Shown in pieces: positions 1-9,185 of a DNA stretch of 64,000 nt. Numbering within the stretch: position 1 is the first letter of the stretch; every line of letters starts with the position of its first letter. This stretch comes from Candidatus Fermentibacterota bacterium (GTDB taxonomy: Bacteria; Fermentibacterota; Fermentibacteria; Fermentibacterales; JCC-6). Both the position numbers and the translations under genes were made by a program. Below the pieces are notes generated by a model, which searched no databases, was not told where the DNA came from, and saw only the letters and a program-made list of their open reading frames with translations. The stretch covers positions 1 through 64,000 of the forward strand of contig CAWJQI010000001.1 of NCBI GenBank assembly GCA_963845085.1. Reading direction: 5' to 3'.

Positions 1-258
1 GCCGGTCCGCAGTGGACACGTTTCGAACCGCCGTCCTGCAAATGGATATGAATGATAGGTATATGCTTAGCATGGCTTGAGCGCATTGCCGGCGAGGGGT
101 CTGAACCAGCCTGAAATGACCCAGATCCAATTGAATCTGGCATGAGATGAACGCGAAAACGGGGTTTGAGACACGTTTCGAACTGTAACATGCGAGGACT
201 CATGCACAATGCGGATAAGGATCAATCCAAGACCGGCAAAACCTTTTCCCCATAGCCT

Positions 259-546
259 TCAGGAAACAGGCTGAATGGTGATCTTTAATCCCATTGCCCT
301 GGCCACTTTAAAGATCGTTGCGAAACTCGGATTCCCTTCGGGCGATAGGGCTTTGTAGAGGCCTGCCCTTGTCATTCCTGCATCCCTGGCCAACTGGCTC
401 ATGTTCCTCGCTCGAGCGATATCGCAAAGAGCGGCGGCGATCAGTGATGGATCGCCGTCCTCCTGACAGGCTTCGAGATACCTGCGGACAGCATCTTCGG
501 AATCAAGATAGTCCGAAGTCTCGTAACGGCCAAACTTCTCAGCCAT
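259..546 (-). CDS. Addiction-module antidote protein (HigA-like, Cro/C1 HTH), copy 1
   Basis: MAEKFGRYETSDYLDSEDAVRRYL...ARARNMSQLARDAGMTRAGLYKALSPEGNPSFATIFKV; overlaps the stop of the upstream toxin gene. Confidence 0.9.
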   Translation of the reverse strand: MAEKFGRYETSDYLDSEDAVRRYLEACQEDGDPSLIAAALCDIARARNMSQLARDAGMTRAGLYKALSPEGNPSFATIFKVARAMGLKITIQPVS

Positions 547-843
547 TATCAACCTTCCATTCTGCAGCGAGCCTCTTCGCCCTTTCGATATCCCTCTGCT
601 GCGTTCTTTTGTCTCCACCACACAGAAGCACCACCAGGATCGAGCTATGCAGGAAGTAGTAGACACGATACCCGGGACCGCAGTCGATCCTCAACTCGAA
701 AAGGCCTTCTACAGAAGGCTGAACAACACCGGGATTGCCGAGGCTCATTTTCTGATCCTCCTCTGAATCCGAAATTATGCCTCGGAGTCCCGCAACCTTT
801 TCAACAATCGGTCAAATGTGTTGCTCCTGAGGATCTCGACCAT
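539..843 (-). pseudogene. RelE/HigB-like addiction-module killer protein, disrupted (TAA at 777..775 plus a 1-nt deletion near 748)
   Basis: MVEILRSNTFDRLLKRLRDSEA*FRIQRRIR / SLGNPG...ELRIDCGPGYRVYY...LLCGGDKRTQQRDIERAK. Confidence 0.85.
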
Positions 844-887
844 GTATCAACTCTGGTTTACAACATGCGTTCTGCCAACTGGAGTGT

Positions 888-966
888 GCACAACGCTCAG
901 CACAACCAGAGTGGATGCCGGGGCGATAAGAGCAGCTCCGCGCCTGGTTCATGCTGTTGATTGAGT
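888..966 (-). other. Degenerate integron attC-like site after brnA (copy 1)
   Basis: Minus strand CTCAATC-AACAG-CATGAACC...GGTTGTG-CTGAGC-GTTGTGC: paired L boxes with a bulged G and canonical 5/6-nt spacers; the inverse core is degenerate. Confidence 0.6.
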
Positions 967-969
967 CTT

Positions 970-1197
970 CTATGCTCTGGCTTTCTCTATATGCCTGGCG
1001 ATCAGCATTTTGATCAATGATTGTCTGGGAATACCAAGTCGCTGCGCTTCCTTGTCCAAGGAGTGAATCATCCACACAGGGAAATCCACATTAACTCGCT
1101 TCTGCTCCTGTTCGACACGATGGGCCTTGTTAAGCTCCAGATATCTCAGAACATCCTCACCATCGTCGAACTTCTTGTCCAATTCCTTAGCCTTCAT
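970..1197 (-). CDS. brnA: BrnA/CopG-type RHH antitoxin, copy 1
   Basis: MKAKELDKKFDDGEDVL...KRVNVDFPVWMIHSLDKEAQRLGIPRQSLIK; follows brnT. Confidence 0.85.
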   Translation of the reverse strand: MKAKELDKKFDDGEDVLRYLELNKAHRVEQEQKRVNVDFPVWMIHSLDKEAQRLGIPRQSLIKMLIARHIEKARA

Positions 1198-1447
1198 ACA
1201 ATACCACCTCCTCATCACGGGCTCGACGGATGGAGATGATCCGAATCGCATCTCCGCGATATGTTATGATCCCAGACCAATGTGTGTTGGCAATCCGGCC
1301 AATCACCATGAACCGAGGTTCGTCCTCAATCCTTGCCGGAATCTCCAGCAGGTCCGGATCATCCCAGAGAAGCTTAGCTTCCTCGAAGTCGATCCCGTGT
1401 TTCTCTAGATTCATCTGGCTCTTGCGAGCATCGAATTCGAATATCAT
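1187..1447 (-). CDS. brnT: BrnT family ribonuclease toxin, copy 1
   Basis: MIFEFDARKSQMNLEKHGIDFEEA...EPRFMVIG...IRIISIRRAR; upstream TTGACA and the palindrome GGTATAGATACTATACC. Confidence 0.9.
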   Translation of the reverse strand: MIFEFDARKSQMNLEKHGIDFEEAKLLWDDPDLLEIPARIEDEPRFMVIGRIANTHWSGIITYRGDAIRIISIRRARDEEVVLYEG

Positions 1448-1516
1448 GGTATAGTATCTATACCTCACAGGTGGTGTTTGTCAAGTCGTTCATAACTCGA
1501 ACAAGGATTGGTACAA

Positions 1517-1585
1517 GAAAAGCCGCCGGGAACTACCCGGCGGCCTCTATCCCATCTGGCGGTCCGTGTTGGACGCTTTTCGAAC
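1517..1585 (-). repeat. ~70 bp module-junction repeat: tRNA-3'-like end (..CGGACCGCCA) plus rho-independent terminator
   Basis: Minus strand GTTCGAAAAGCGTCCAACACGGACCGCCA-GATGGGATAGAG-GCCGCCGGG TAGTT CCCGGCGGC-TTTT; also at 6890, 8448 and partially at 1..28. Confidence 0.85.
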
Positions 1586-1621
1586 GTTTCACCGTGCCGG
1601 GATGACTCCGGCTTACTGTGT

Positions 1622-3061
1622 TCACTCCTGAAGCAGGGTCAAGCGCATTGAAAGTCCCTGCTCGCCGACAACAGTGTAAATACCAGCCGGAAGCCTTGAT
1701 CCCGAAAACCCGGTTCCATCCCAGAACCCGCTACCTTCACAGACGTTCACGTCAGCAACCACCCTGCCCGCCAGGTCGAAAACTCTCAGAGTTGTCGACT
1801 CAATCCCTTCGAGGAAGAACTGTACACCGCCAAGAACAGGGTTCACGGATAGAAATATCTCTGGTTCAGGAGGAACCGGCTGAACCTGATCATCGAGTCC
1901 AAGGTACGAATGATCAAACCAGCCGAAGGTGGGGAAGTAGCCGTAGACAGGTTCCAGATACCCCGCTCTGTAGACGATGTAGAGGTTTCCCTCCTCGTCC
2001 ACGACACCGTCAATGGAACCAAGCATCTGAGGATCCTCATCGGTGTAGTCGTAGGCGATGTACCAGTCCACCAGCACATCCCCGTTGCTGTCGATGATCA
2101 TGTTCAGCAGATGCTTGACATTCATGCTGTTCCGCCACAGGAGGTAGAACGCCTCCGAACCGGGCAGGGGAACGAGTATTCGAGTTCCAGGTGAAGGGCC
2201 ATACTCGCCGGGGATCGTGGTGAACAGAACCTTTTCGCCGATCATGACGTCTCCGGTGGCCCCGTTCAGCTTCCAGAGCATGAACTCATAGGGATGGTCC
2301 GGGCTCCATCTCACCTGCTCCACCACCAGAAGGTTGCGCTGGGCATCCACCGCCAGAAGGGGGAAAATGGTGAATGCGTTTGCATCCAAGTTCTCCGAGA
2401 CGAACTGCGCGGGAGGAACCACCGTGTTGCCTTCCAGATCGTACTGGGTGTACCAGAGGTAATTGGGATTGTTCATCACCACATGGACCCGGTTGCCGTC
2501 CACAAGGAGTACACTGCCGTAACCGGCCTCTTCCTGCTGCCATCCGTACTCGGTGATGAAGCCTGAACCGGGCGCCGGTGTCCAGACCTCGTAGTAGATG
2601 TCGTTTCCGGCGTTGTACATCACATGCAGCCTGCCCAGGCTGTCGGGGCTCGACCGGATGAAAGGGCGGAGCGTCGACGTGGTGAACAGGTAGGTGGCCG
2701 GTGTGACACCGCTGCCGTCCCCCATGTTCCGGATCGCATAGTAGACTGGACTGGTCTCCCGCCAGAAGGCGATAAGGCTGTCGGTGAGTATGCTTGGTTT
2801 ATAGAGGTATGCGCTCTGGACATCTCGGGAGATCATCGTATCGGGAAAGACCTTCGTTCCGTCGGTCAGGAACATGGTGTAGCCGATCCGGCTCGTGTTG
2901 CCGTAACCGCTGTACACAAGATGGAACCTGCCCTGCTCATCTCTTACCAGGTGATTCTGCTGATTGTAGAAAACAGGTTCTTCCGTCACGGCCACCGGTG
3001 TACTCCAGCCTGGGCCGGGTATTACCGACGAAAGGCTGAGAATCAGCGCGACGGGTGTCAT
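1622..3061 (-). CDS. Secreted beta-rich protein with a T9SS/FlgD-Ig-like C-terminal domain
   Basis: Hydrophobic N-terminus MTPVALILSLSS; C-terminus NPV...LRVFDLAGRVV...WDG...LPAGIY; ATGA overlap with the upstream stop. Confidence 0.7.
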   Translation of the reverse strand: MTPVALILSLSSVIPGPGWSTPVAVTEEPVFYNQQNHLVRDEQGRFHLVYSGYGNTSRIGYTMFLTDGTKVFPDTMISRDVQSAYLYKPSILTDSLIAFWRETSPVYYAIRNMGDGSGVTPATYLFTTSTLRPFIRSSPDSLGRLHVMYNAGNDIYYEVWTPAPGSGFITEYGWQQEEAGYGSVLLVDGNRVHVVMNNPNYLWYTQYDLEGNTVVPPAQFVSENLDANAFTIFPLLAVDAQRNLLVVEQVRWSPDHPYEFMLWKLNGATGDVMIGEKVLFTTIPGEYGPSPGTRILVPLPGSEAFYLLWRNSMNVKHLLNMIIDSNGDVLVDWYIAYDYTDEDPQMLGSIDGVVDEEGNLYIVYRAGYLEPVYGYFPTFGWFDHSYLGLDDQVQPVPPEPEIFLSVNPVLGGVQFFLEGIESTTLRVFDLAGRVVADVNVCEGSGFWDGTGFSGSRLPAGIYTVVGEQGLSMRLTLLQE

Positions 3062-6000
3062 TCCAGTGTACCCGTTCTTCCATGGTTCTGCTGGAACTGG
3101 GGCCAAGGGGTGTAACCTGCGGTGCAGGGTCCCAACTCCCAGCAGTGCAGCAGGCCGTCACTGGTTCCGAACACGATCTCAATGGTGCCGTCACGACCGA
3201 TGTCCCCCACGGCGAAGCCCCCCAGGGCCGAGACGTTGTCAGGCAGCGTGATGTGGAATCCTGCAAGGTTATCACCTTCATGATTGAACGCCATCACCCG
3301 GTAGATGCCGTCGAGCTTCGTGCAGAACAGCACATCGGCAAGCCCGGAATCGTCAAGGTCCCCGAGAGCCGTGGGACTGATGGGAGAAGCATAGGAAGAC
3401 CCCGAGAAGGGAAGGGTAGGCCAATCGTCGAGTGCGTCTCCCTGGTAATCCCACGCCAGGCCTTCCATCTCCGAGGGGAGGATGAAGGCGTCCAAGCCGG
3501 GCACGAAAGGGTCCCAATCTGCGAAGACCCCGTATTGCAGACTCCTCGCGGCAACTGTTCCCGGCTCACAGGGATTCTCTTCCACAATCCCTCCGGGTTC
3601 AATCAGAAGAGCAGGGTTGTCAGAAAGAGGATTGTAGGTCTTAAGGGGATATCCTATCATGTTCATCCCCGCGAGGGTCCCAGCCGCGGGAAAAACAACG
3701 ATTGGATACCCCTCCCAGGTTTCGGAGTAGAGAACAGAGTCAGAATCCCAGTTATAAGCTATAACTGCCCTCAGCGAGTCAGGTCTTGGAAAGAAATCAT
3801 TCTTACCAAGACAAAGGACCACATCTTCGTAGGCGCCACCGTTGAGATCAGCACAAACAAGAGATTGCGAACTCCAGTTTCCTGCAGAACCGAGTTTCCT
3901 GGAACCCAGTTCGGTGAATTCACCTTCGCCGCTGTCCCACTCGTACAGGTAGAGACTGTCCTCCTTGGCCACGCACACCTCAAGTCCCGAACTCAGATGC
4001 ATGTCACCTGCCACGAACACACTGCCGGTGGTTTCCAGAATGCCAATCATCTCTCCCTCAGAATTCACCACCTTGATGCCTTCGTTCGAAGCGAGCATAA
4101 GCTCCACCTCATCGTCCCTGTCCAGATCAGCCGCAAGAGGGTGAATGCCGCCAAAAAATCCCTCGCCGGAAAGACTCCAAAGCTCGGTTCCGTTCGGATC
4201 GAAGGCTTGAAGAGTGGTTCCCGTCAAAGCGACAACCTCCAGGGCTGGGTCGGCGTCGAGGTTCACAAGCATGGGGGTTGTGCCAACGACACCATCTGCC
4301 TGAACAGGCCAGCCTTCCTCAAAAGGAAATGTGTCGTTAAGCTGCACCTTCACTTCAGCCGTGTTGTTATGTCTCCAGCAGTCATTGCACTCAACAAGGT
4401 AATCGGCTTCCACTGTAACAGTCAACTCCAAGGGCGTGTCGAACCATTGCGGGCAGGTCCAGACGTAGTCGTACTCAGCCTCTTCATCTGCTCTCAGGCT
4501 GTCTCCGAGAATGATAACCAAAGACAGTGAGTCACCGTCACTGAATGATACGAGAATGTCGAACTCACCATAATCAACTGCGCCGTTGTTCCTGACGGTG
4601 AATGTCATGGGAAGCTCTGTTCCATTTGACGTCTCTGCAGGATAGAGGGAAACCTGGACTTCTCCAGGATACACCAGGAGATCACAGGCATCGGGGAACC
4701 TGATCCTGTCACCCATGTCCAGGGCGGGATCACCGAGAAGGTTGAACTGACCTATGTCATCGAGTTGAAAGCTGCTCCATCTCCTAAGGCGAGCGGAAGC
4801 CACGGCGTCTCCAAGCCTGCTGAGTCCAAGTGAATAGACGGCTTCCAGAATGCCTGTTCCGTAGTCGTCGTAGCACCCAATCGCAGAAGGAAGCGATCCG
4901 GCGAACACTCCCGCCACGGGAACGTCCGTGTGCTTCAAAAGCACTTCCGCCAGACAGTCCGTCCCAAAGTCATAGGCTTCCACGGGAGGGTGCCAGGGTG
5001 TACCGCAACCGGGACATCCAGCAAACCTGCAGAGTTCGGGCCATACTTCACGTTCCCTGTGTCTCTCAACCGTGTGGTTGAATGTTCCCGAAGAGCAAGA
5101 AAGAAGAAGAACAAAGGGAGGGGAGTGGTTCTGAACTGCCTCGAGGTTCTCAGTGATCTGGATGTTGTTGAAGGTGCTGTCCAGGGAACCCTTGGTGTGA
5201 GGGTCAGGGGTGATGTAATGCGGCCACCACTCAAGACCGGCGCTGAGCATGTGAACATCCCCATGGTCGCTGTAGAAAGCAACACCAGCACCTCTTCCAA
5301 ACTCTTGAAGGCAGAAGTCCCGCCATTCCCAACTCGAAAGCTCACTTCCATCGTCGTCGGTGAAGTCCCTGCCGTCTCCGCAGTAGTGGGTTGCGTAGTC
5401 ATACCCGAGCCACTGGCAGAACTCACCGGTCCAGAGGCTACAGGGCGCCCAGTCTACCGGCAGTTGATGCGGCATGTTGTACTTATCGTCAGAACCGGTT
5501 CCGGTGAGTCGCAGAATCCTTCTTCTGTAATCGGGAATTGGCACTTGTTGAACCGGACTCTCCAAGGAGATGAGACTCTGGATGATAACACTTAGTGTAT
5601 CAGCGTTCTCGCCGTTCTTCACGGAGAGCCTTCCCACAATCATGTCGGGAAAAGCGTTGTTGACGGAGCGGTCCTCGCCGAAGTAGGCGTACCACTCGTC
5701 GTTGCCTATTCTGTCAAAGTCAAATGACGACTGGTCAGGGCCTCGGTTGTACTCATGTGTGGGAAGGAACCAGGGTTCGCTGCCAAATGAGGGGTCTTCA
5801 TGGTCACCAATGAGAAGAAGGTAGCCCGGTCTCTTCGAGGTTGGTTGTCCCCAGTTCTCCCACATGTGCTCGGTGAAGTCCCGAAGGATGTTGTCGGTGA
5901 GGATTGTGTCACTTCCGCCAAAGTCCTCCATTATGGCATCTGTTGTCACAAGGGCAACATCGAACCGGTTGAGAGAGACCCGGTGCTCAGCAAGGCTGTC

Positions 6001-6750
6001 TATGGCGTCACTGCACTGATCGTAAAGCCCTGAAGCACACACGATGAGGTAGTCGGGCATGCGGGAGGGCCCATCTTCCGGATCCACTTCACCAAAAAAT
6101 GTTGGGGGAGAATGAGTCTGCGGAACGGAATGATACCCGAGAATGGATGACCCCCTGACCAAGGCCTGAAACCGGCCAAGACCGGAATCATTCCAAACCG
6201 CCGTCGCGCTGTCGAAAGCAACTGACACGCTGATGGAGTTAACGGTACTCAGAGTGCTGTCTGAAGCCCTGTAGAGAGCGGGAAAGAGTTGAACCTGCAG
6301 AAGGCGCTGATCGCAGATCCTCGTCTCGCCGAAGATCCTGACTCTATGAGATGGCCAGAATTCACTCGAAGCGTACGCTGTGGAATCCTGAACAAAGGAA
6401 TCCGCAACAGCCGGTGTTCCCAGATAAGAGATCACATGTGCAGGGGCGGGGTGTACGGGGTCAACATCCTGTTCGTGTTCTCCGGAGAATGCAAACTCCA
6501 AAACGGGAACAACGCTGTCGGGAACGGCGACCAGACAGGTTATCACGGGCAGTTCGGGGAAACCGGTGCTGTCCGTAACGGAGCAGTCTGTGAAACGTGT
6601 GAAAAGAAGGCTGTCGTGTTCTACCGACTCCCAGTAGAGGGAAGTCTGTGCTATGAAGGCGACCCGGGAACCTGTTGCAGAGGTGGTTCGGATGGGAAAG
6701 TGTTGTGAAAATAACAGGAGTATGAACACAGGCAACATCGAACACCTCAT
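3058..6750 (-). CDS. Gingipain-like C25 cysteine peptidase with propeptide, Ig/CARDB-like domain and FG-GAP-like repeats
   Basis: Signal peptide; YLLLIGD, PDMIVGRL, catalytic-dyad-like DHG and LSCSSG, FNLLGDPAL; C-terminal DLDRDDEVE/DLDDSGLAD repeats. Confidence 0.85.
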   Translation of the reverse strand: MRCSMLPVFILLLFSQHFPIRTTSATGSRVAFIAQTSLYWESVEHDSLLFTRFTDCSVTDSTGFPELPVITCLVAVPDSVVPVLEFAFSGEHEQDVDPVHPAPAHVISYLGTPAVADSFVQDSTAYASSEFWPSHRVRIFGETRICDQRLLQVQLFPALYRASDSTLSTVNSISVSVAFDSATAVWNDSGLGRFQALVRGSSILGYHSVPQTHSPPTFFGEVDPEDGPSRMPDYLIVCASGLYDQCSDAIDSLAEHRVSLNRFDVALVTTDAIMEDFGGSDTILTDNILRDFTEHMWENWGQPTSKRPGYLLLIGDHEDPSFGSEPWFLPTHEYNRGPDQSSFDFDRIGNDEWYAYFGEDRSVNNAFPDMIVGRLSVKNGENADTLSVIIQSLISLESPVQQVPIPDYRRRILRLTGTGSDDKYNMPHQLPVDWAPCSLWTGEFCQWLGYDYATHYCGDGRDFTDDDGSELSSWEWRDFCLQEFGRGAGVAFYSDHGDVHMLSAGLEWWPHYITPDPHTKGSLDSTFNNIQITENLEAVQNHSPPFVLLLSCSSGTFNHTVERHREREVWPELCRFAGCPGCGTPWHPPVEAYDFGTDCLAEVLLKHTDVPVAGVFAGSLPSAIGCYDDYGTGILEAVYSLGLSRLGDAVASARLRRWSSFQLDDIGQFNLLGDPALDMGDRIRFPDACDLLVYPGEVQVSLYPAETSNGTELPMTFTVRNNGAVDYGEFDILVSFSDGDSLSLVIILGDSLRADEEAEYDYVWTCPQWFDTPLELTVTVEADYLVECNDCWRHNNTAEVKVQLNDTFPFEEGWPVQADGVVGTTPMLVNLDADPALEVVALTGTTLQAFDPNGTELWSLSGEGFFGGIHPLAADLDRDDEVELMLASNEGIKVVNSEGEMIGILETTGSVFVAGDMHLSSGLEVCVAKEDSLYLYEWDSGEGEFTELGSRKLGSAGNWSSQSLVCADLNGGAYEDVVLCLGKNDFFPRPDSLRAVIAYNWDSDSVLYSETWEGYPIVVFPAAGTLAGMNMIGYPLKTYNPLSDNPALLIEPGGIVEENPCEPGTVAARSLQYGVFADWDPFVPGLDAFILPSEMEGLAWDYQGDALDDWPTLPFSGSSYASPISPTALGDLDDSGLADVLFCTKLDGIYRVMAFNHEGDNLAGFHITLPDNVSALGGFAVGDIGRDGTIEIVFGTSDGLLHCWELGPCTAGYTPWPQFQQNHGRTGTLE

Positions 6751-6889
6751 TCTCGCTTCATGGATGTTCAGAAGCCAATATGTACAAAACGATAATGAGT
6801 TGGAAGACGGTAACTGTCAAGGGTGTAAACAACAACGAGAGACTGCTTCGATTCCAGCCTATACACAAATACATCAACAGTCTAAACAC

Positions 6890-6959
6890 GAAAAGCCGCC
6901 GGGGAACTACCCGGCGGCCTCTATCCCATCTGGCGGTCCGCAGTGGACACGTTTCGAAC
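6890..6959 (-). repeat. Module-junction repeat (tRNA-3'-like end plus terminator)
   Basis: Minus strand GTTCGAAACGTGTCCACTGCGGACCGCCA...GCCGCCGGG TAGTT CCCCGGCGGC TTTT. Confidence 0.85.
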
Positions 6960-7188
6960 CGCTGTCCTGCAAATGGATATGAATGACAGGTATATGTTTA
7001 GCCTGCTTGAGCGTATTGCCGGCGAGGGGTCTGAACCAGCCTGAAATGACCCAGATCCAATTGAATCTGGCATGAGATGAACGCGAAAACGGGGTTTGAG
7101 ACACGTTTCGAACTGTAACATGCGAGGACTCATGCGCAATGCGGATAAGGATCAATCCAAGACCGGCAAAACCTTTTCCCCATAGCCT

Positions 7189-7476
7189 TCAGGAAACAGG
7201 CTGAATGGTGATCTTTAATCCCATTGCCCTGGCCACTTTAAAGATCGTTGCGAAACTCGGATTCCCGTCTGGCGAGAGGGCTTTGTAAAGGCCAGCCCTT
7301 GTCATTCCTGCATCCCTGGCCAACTGGCTCATGTTCCTCGCTCGAGCGATATCGCAAAGAGCGGCGGCGATCAGTGATGGATCGCCGTCCTCCTGACAGG
7401 CTTCGAGATACCTGCGGACAGCATCTTCGGAATCAAGATAGTCCGAAGTCTCGTAACGGCCAAACTTCTCAGCCAT
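7189..7476 (-). CDS. Addiction-module antidote protein (HigA-like), copy 2
   Basis: Same protein as 259..546 with one substitution. Confidence 0.9.
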   Translation of the reverse strand: MAEKFGRYETSDYLDSEDAVRRYLEACQEDGDPSLIAAALCDIARARNMSQLARDAGMTRAGLYKALSPDGNPSFATIFKVARAMGLKITIQPVS

Positions 7477-7774
7477 TATCAACCTTCCATTCTGCAGCGA
7501 GCCTCTTCGCCCTTTCGATATCCCTCTGCTGCGTTCTTTTGTCTCCACCACACAGAAGCACCACCAGGATCGAACTATGCAGGAAGTAGTAGACACGATA
7601 CCCGGGGCCGCAGTCGATCCTCATCTCAAGAAGGCCTTCGCCGACCGGTTGAACATCACCGGGATTGCCGAGGCTCAATCTTCTGATCCTCCTCTGAATT
7701 CGAATTTATGCCTCGGAGTCCCGCAACCTTTTCAACAATCGGCCAAATGTGTTGCTCCTGAGGATCTCGACCAT
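7469..7774 (-). pseudogene. RelE/HigB-like killer protein with an in-frame TAA at 7708..7706
   Basis: MVEILRSNTFGRLLKRLRDSEA*IRIQRRIRRLSLGNPGDVQPVGEGLLEMRIDCGPGYRVYY. Confidence 0.85.
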
Positions 7775-7818
7775 GTATCAACTCTGGTTTACAACATGCG
7801 TTCTGCCAACTGGAGTGT

Positions 7819-7897
7819 GCACAACGCTCAGCACAACCAGAGTGGATGCCGGGGCGATAAAATCAGCTCCGCGCCTGGTTCATGCTGTTGATTGAGT
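7819..7897 (-). other. Degenerate attC-like site (copy 2)
   Basis: Same structure as 888..966. Confidence 0.6.
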
Positions 7898-7900
7898 CTT

Positions 7901-8128
7901 CTATGCTCTGGCTGTTTCTATATGCCTGGCGATCAGCATTTTGATCAATGATTGTCTGGGAATACCAAGTCGCTGCGCTTCCTTGTCCAAGGAGTGAATC
8001 ATCCACACAGGGAAATCCACATTAACTCGCTTCTGCTCCTGTTCGACACGATGGGCCTTGTTAAGCTCCAGGTATCTCAGAACATCCTCACCATCGTCGA
8101 ACTTCTTGTCCAATTCCTTAGCCTTCAT
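7901..8128 (-). CDS. brnA: BrnA/CopG-type antitoxin, copy 2
   Basis: Near-identical to 970..1197. Confidence 0.85.
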   Translation of the reverse strand: MKAKELDKKFDDGEDVLRYLELNKAHRVEQEQKRVNVDFPVWMIHSLDKEAQRLGIPRQSLIKMLIARHIETARA

Positions 8129-8378
8129 AAAGTACCACCTCCTCATCACGGGCTCGACGGATGGAGATGATCCGAATCGCATCTCCACGATATGTTATGA
8201 TCCCAGACCAATGTGTGTTGGCAATCCGGCCAATTACCATGAACCGAGGTTCGTCCTCAATCCTTGCCTGAATCTCCAGCAGGTCCGGATCATCCCAGAG
8301 AAGCTTAGCTTCCTCGAAGTCGATCCCGTGTTTCTCTAGATTCATCTGGCTCTTGCGAGCATCGAATTCGAAAATCAT
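8118..8378 (-). CDS. brnT: BrnT toxin, copy 2
   Basis: Near-identical to 1187..1447. Confidence 0.9.
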   Translation of the reverse strand: MIFEFDARKSQMNLEKHGIDFEEAKLLWDDPDLLEIQARIEDEPRFMVIGRIANTHWSGIITYRGDAIRIISIRRARDEEVVLYEG

Positions 8379-8447
8379 GGTATAGTATCTATACCTCACA
8401 GGTGGTGTTTGTCAAGTCGTTCATAACTCGAACAAGGATTGGTACAA

Positions 8448-8672
8448 GAAAAGCCGCCGGGGAACTACCCGGCGGCATCTATCCCATCTGGCGGGCCGCA
8501 CTGGACACGTTTCGAACTGCCGTCCTGCAAATGGATATGAATGACAGGTATATGTATAGCCTTCTTGAACGCATAGCCAGCGAGGGGTCTGAAACCGCGT
8601 GAAAAGACCCCGTTCTCGTTGGATTAGGCATGAGATGAACGCGAAATCAGGGTTTGAGACACGTTTCGAACT
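8448..8672 (-). repeat. Module-junction repeat plus a ~150 bp arm ending at a second GACACGTTTCGAAC motif
   Basis: Diverged third copy of the arm at 1..185 and 6932..7115; similarity stops right after TTCGAACTG. Confidence 0.8.
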
Positions 8673-8883
8673 GAGGAAAAGATGCAGCATGTGGGGTGCT
8701 ACAATAACTCTTTTGTCGGGAGACAGATCAATTTCGTCTTGCATTCTCCCGAAATGCTGATACTATCTGGTTTTGGAGTCATCCAACTGGGAAAAGAACC
8801 AGTTGGCAGGATGCATCTCGTAGGCTTCCCCGTTTAGGGGACATTTGTTAGAGTGAGACTTCCTGCCAACCCAGGAGGTCGAG

Positions 8884-9150
8884 ATGAAACAATCCAGGTT
8901 CACGGAAACGCAGATCGTGGCGATCCTGCGGGAAGCCGATGCCGGAGTCGCGGTCACCGAGGTTTGCCGCAAGTACGGCATCAGCGGCAACACATTCTAC
9001 AACTGGAAGAAGAAGTACAGCGGGATGGGCGTCCCGGAGCTTAAGCGGATGAAGGAGCTCGAGACAGAGAACACCCGATTGAAGCGGATGTACTCGGAGT
9101 TGAGCCTCGAGAACCATGCGCTGAAGGAGCTTATCTCAAAAAAGCTCTGA
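8884..9150 (+). CDS. IS3 transposase OrfA (HTH)
   Basis: MKQSRFTETQIVAILREADAG...TFYNWKKKYSGM...; ends at TCAAAAAAGCTCTGA. Confidence 0.95.
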   Translation: MKQSRFTETQIVAILREADAGVAVTEVCRKYGISGNTFYNWKKKYSGMGVPELKRMKELETENTRLKRMYSELSLENHALKELISKKL

Positions 9151-9185
9151 CGCCACCGGAACGCCGGGAAGCAGCGGCGTTCCTG

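Larger units (their letters stand above)
1..1585. repeat. Copy 1 of a ~1.6 kb direct duplication (double TA module); copy 2 at ~6932..8517
   Basis: Near-identical sequence and ORFs at an offset of ~6930 nt; copy 1 runs off the window start. Confidence 0.95.
6932..8517. repeat. Copy 2 of the double TA module
   Basis: Near-identical to 1..1585. Confidence 0.95.

Noticed and set aside
3055..4530. Long plus-strand ORFs opposite real genes (also 48936..49871, 53891..54796, 60233..61213, 61523..62479)
   Set aside because: Antisense shadows of GC-rich coding sequence with no recognisable motifs
6931..6960. tRNA gene at the junction repeats
   Set aside because: Only a 3'-end-like fragment is present: no D or anticodon arm, no T-stem pairing and wrong spacing; I found no complete tRNA or rRNA in the window
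7706..7708. Stop-codon reassignment or read-through in the toxin gene
   Set aside because: TAA terminates other genes normally in this window, and copy 1 has an additional frameshift, consistent with a pseudogene
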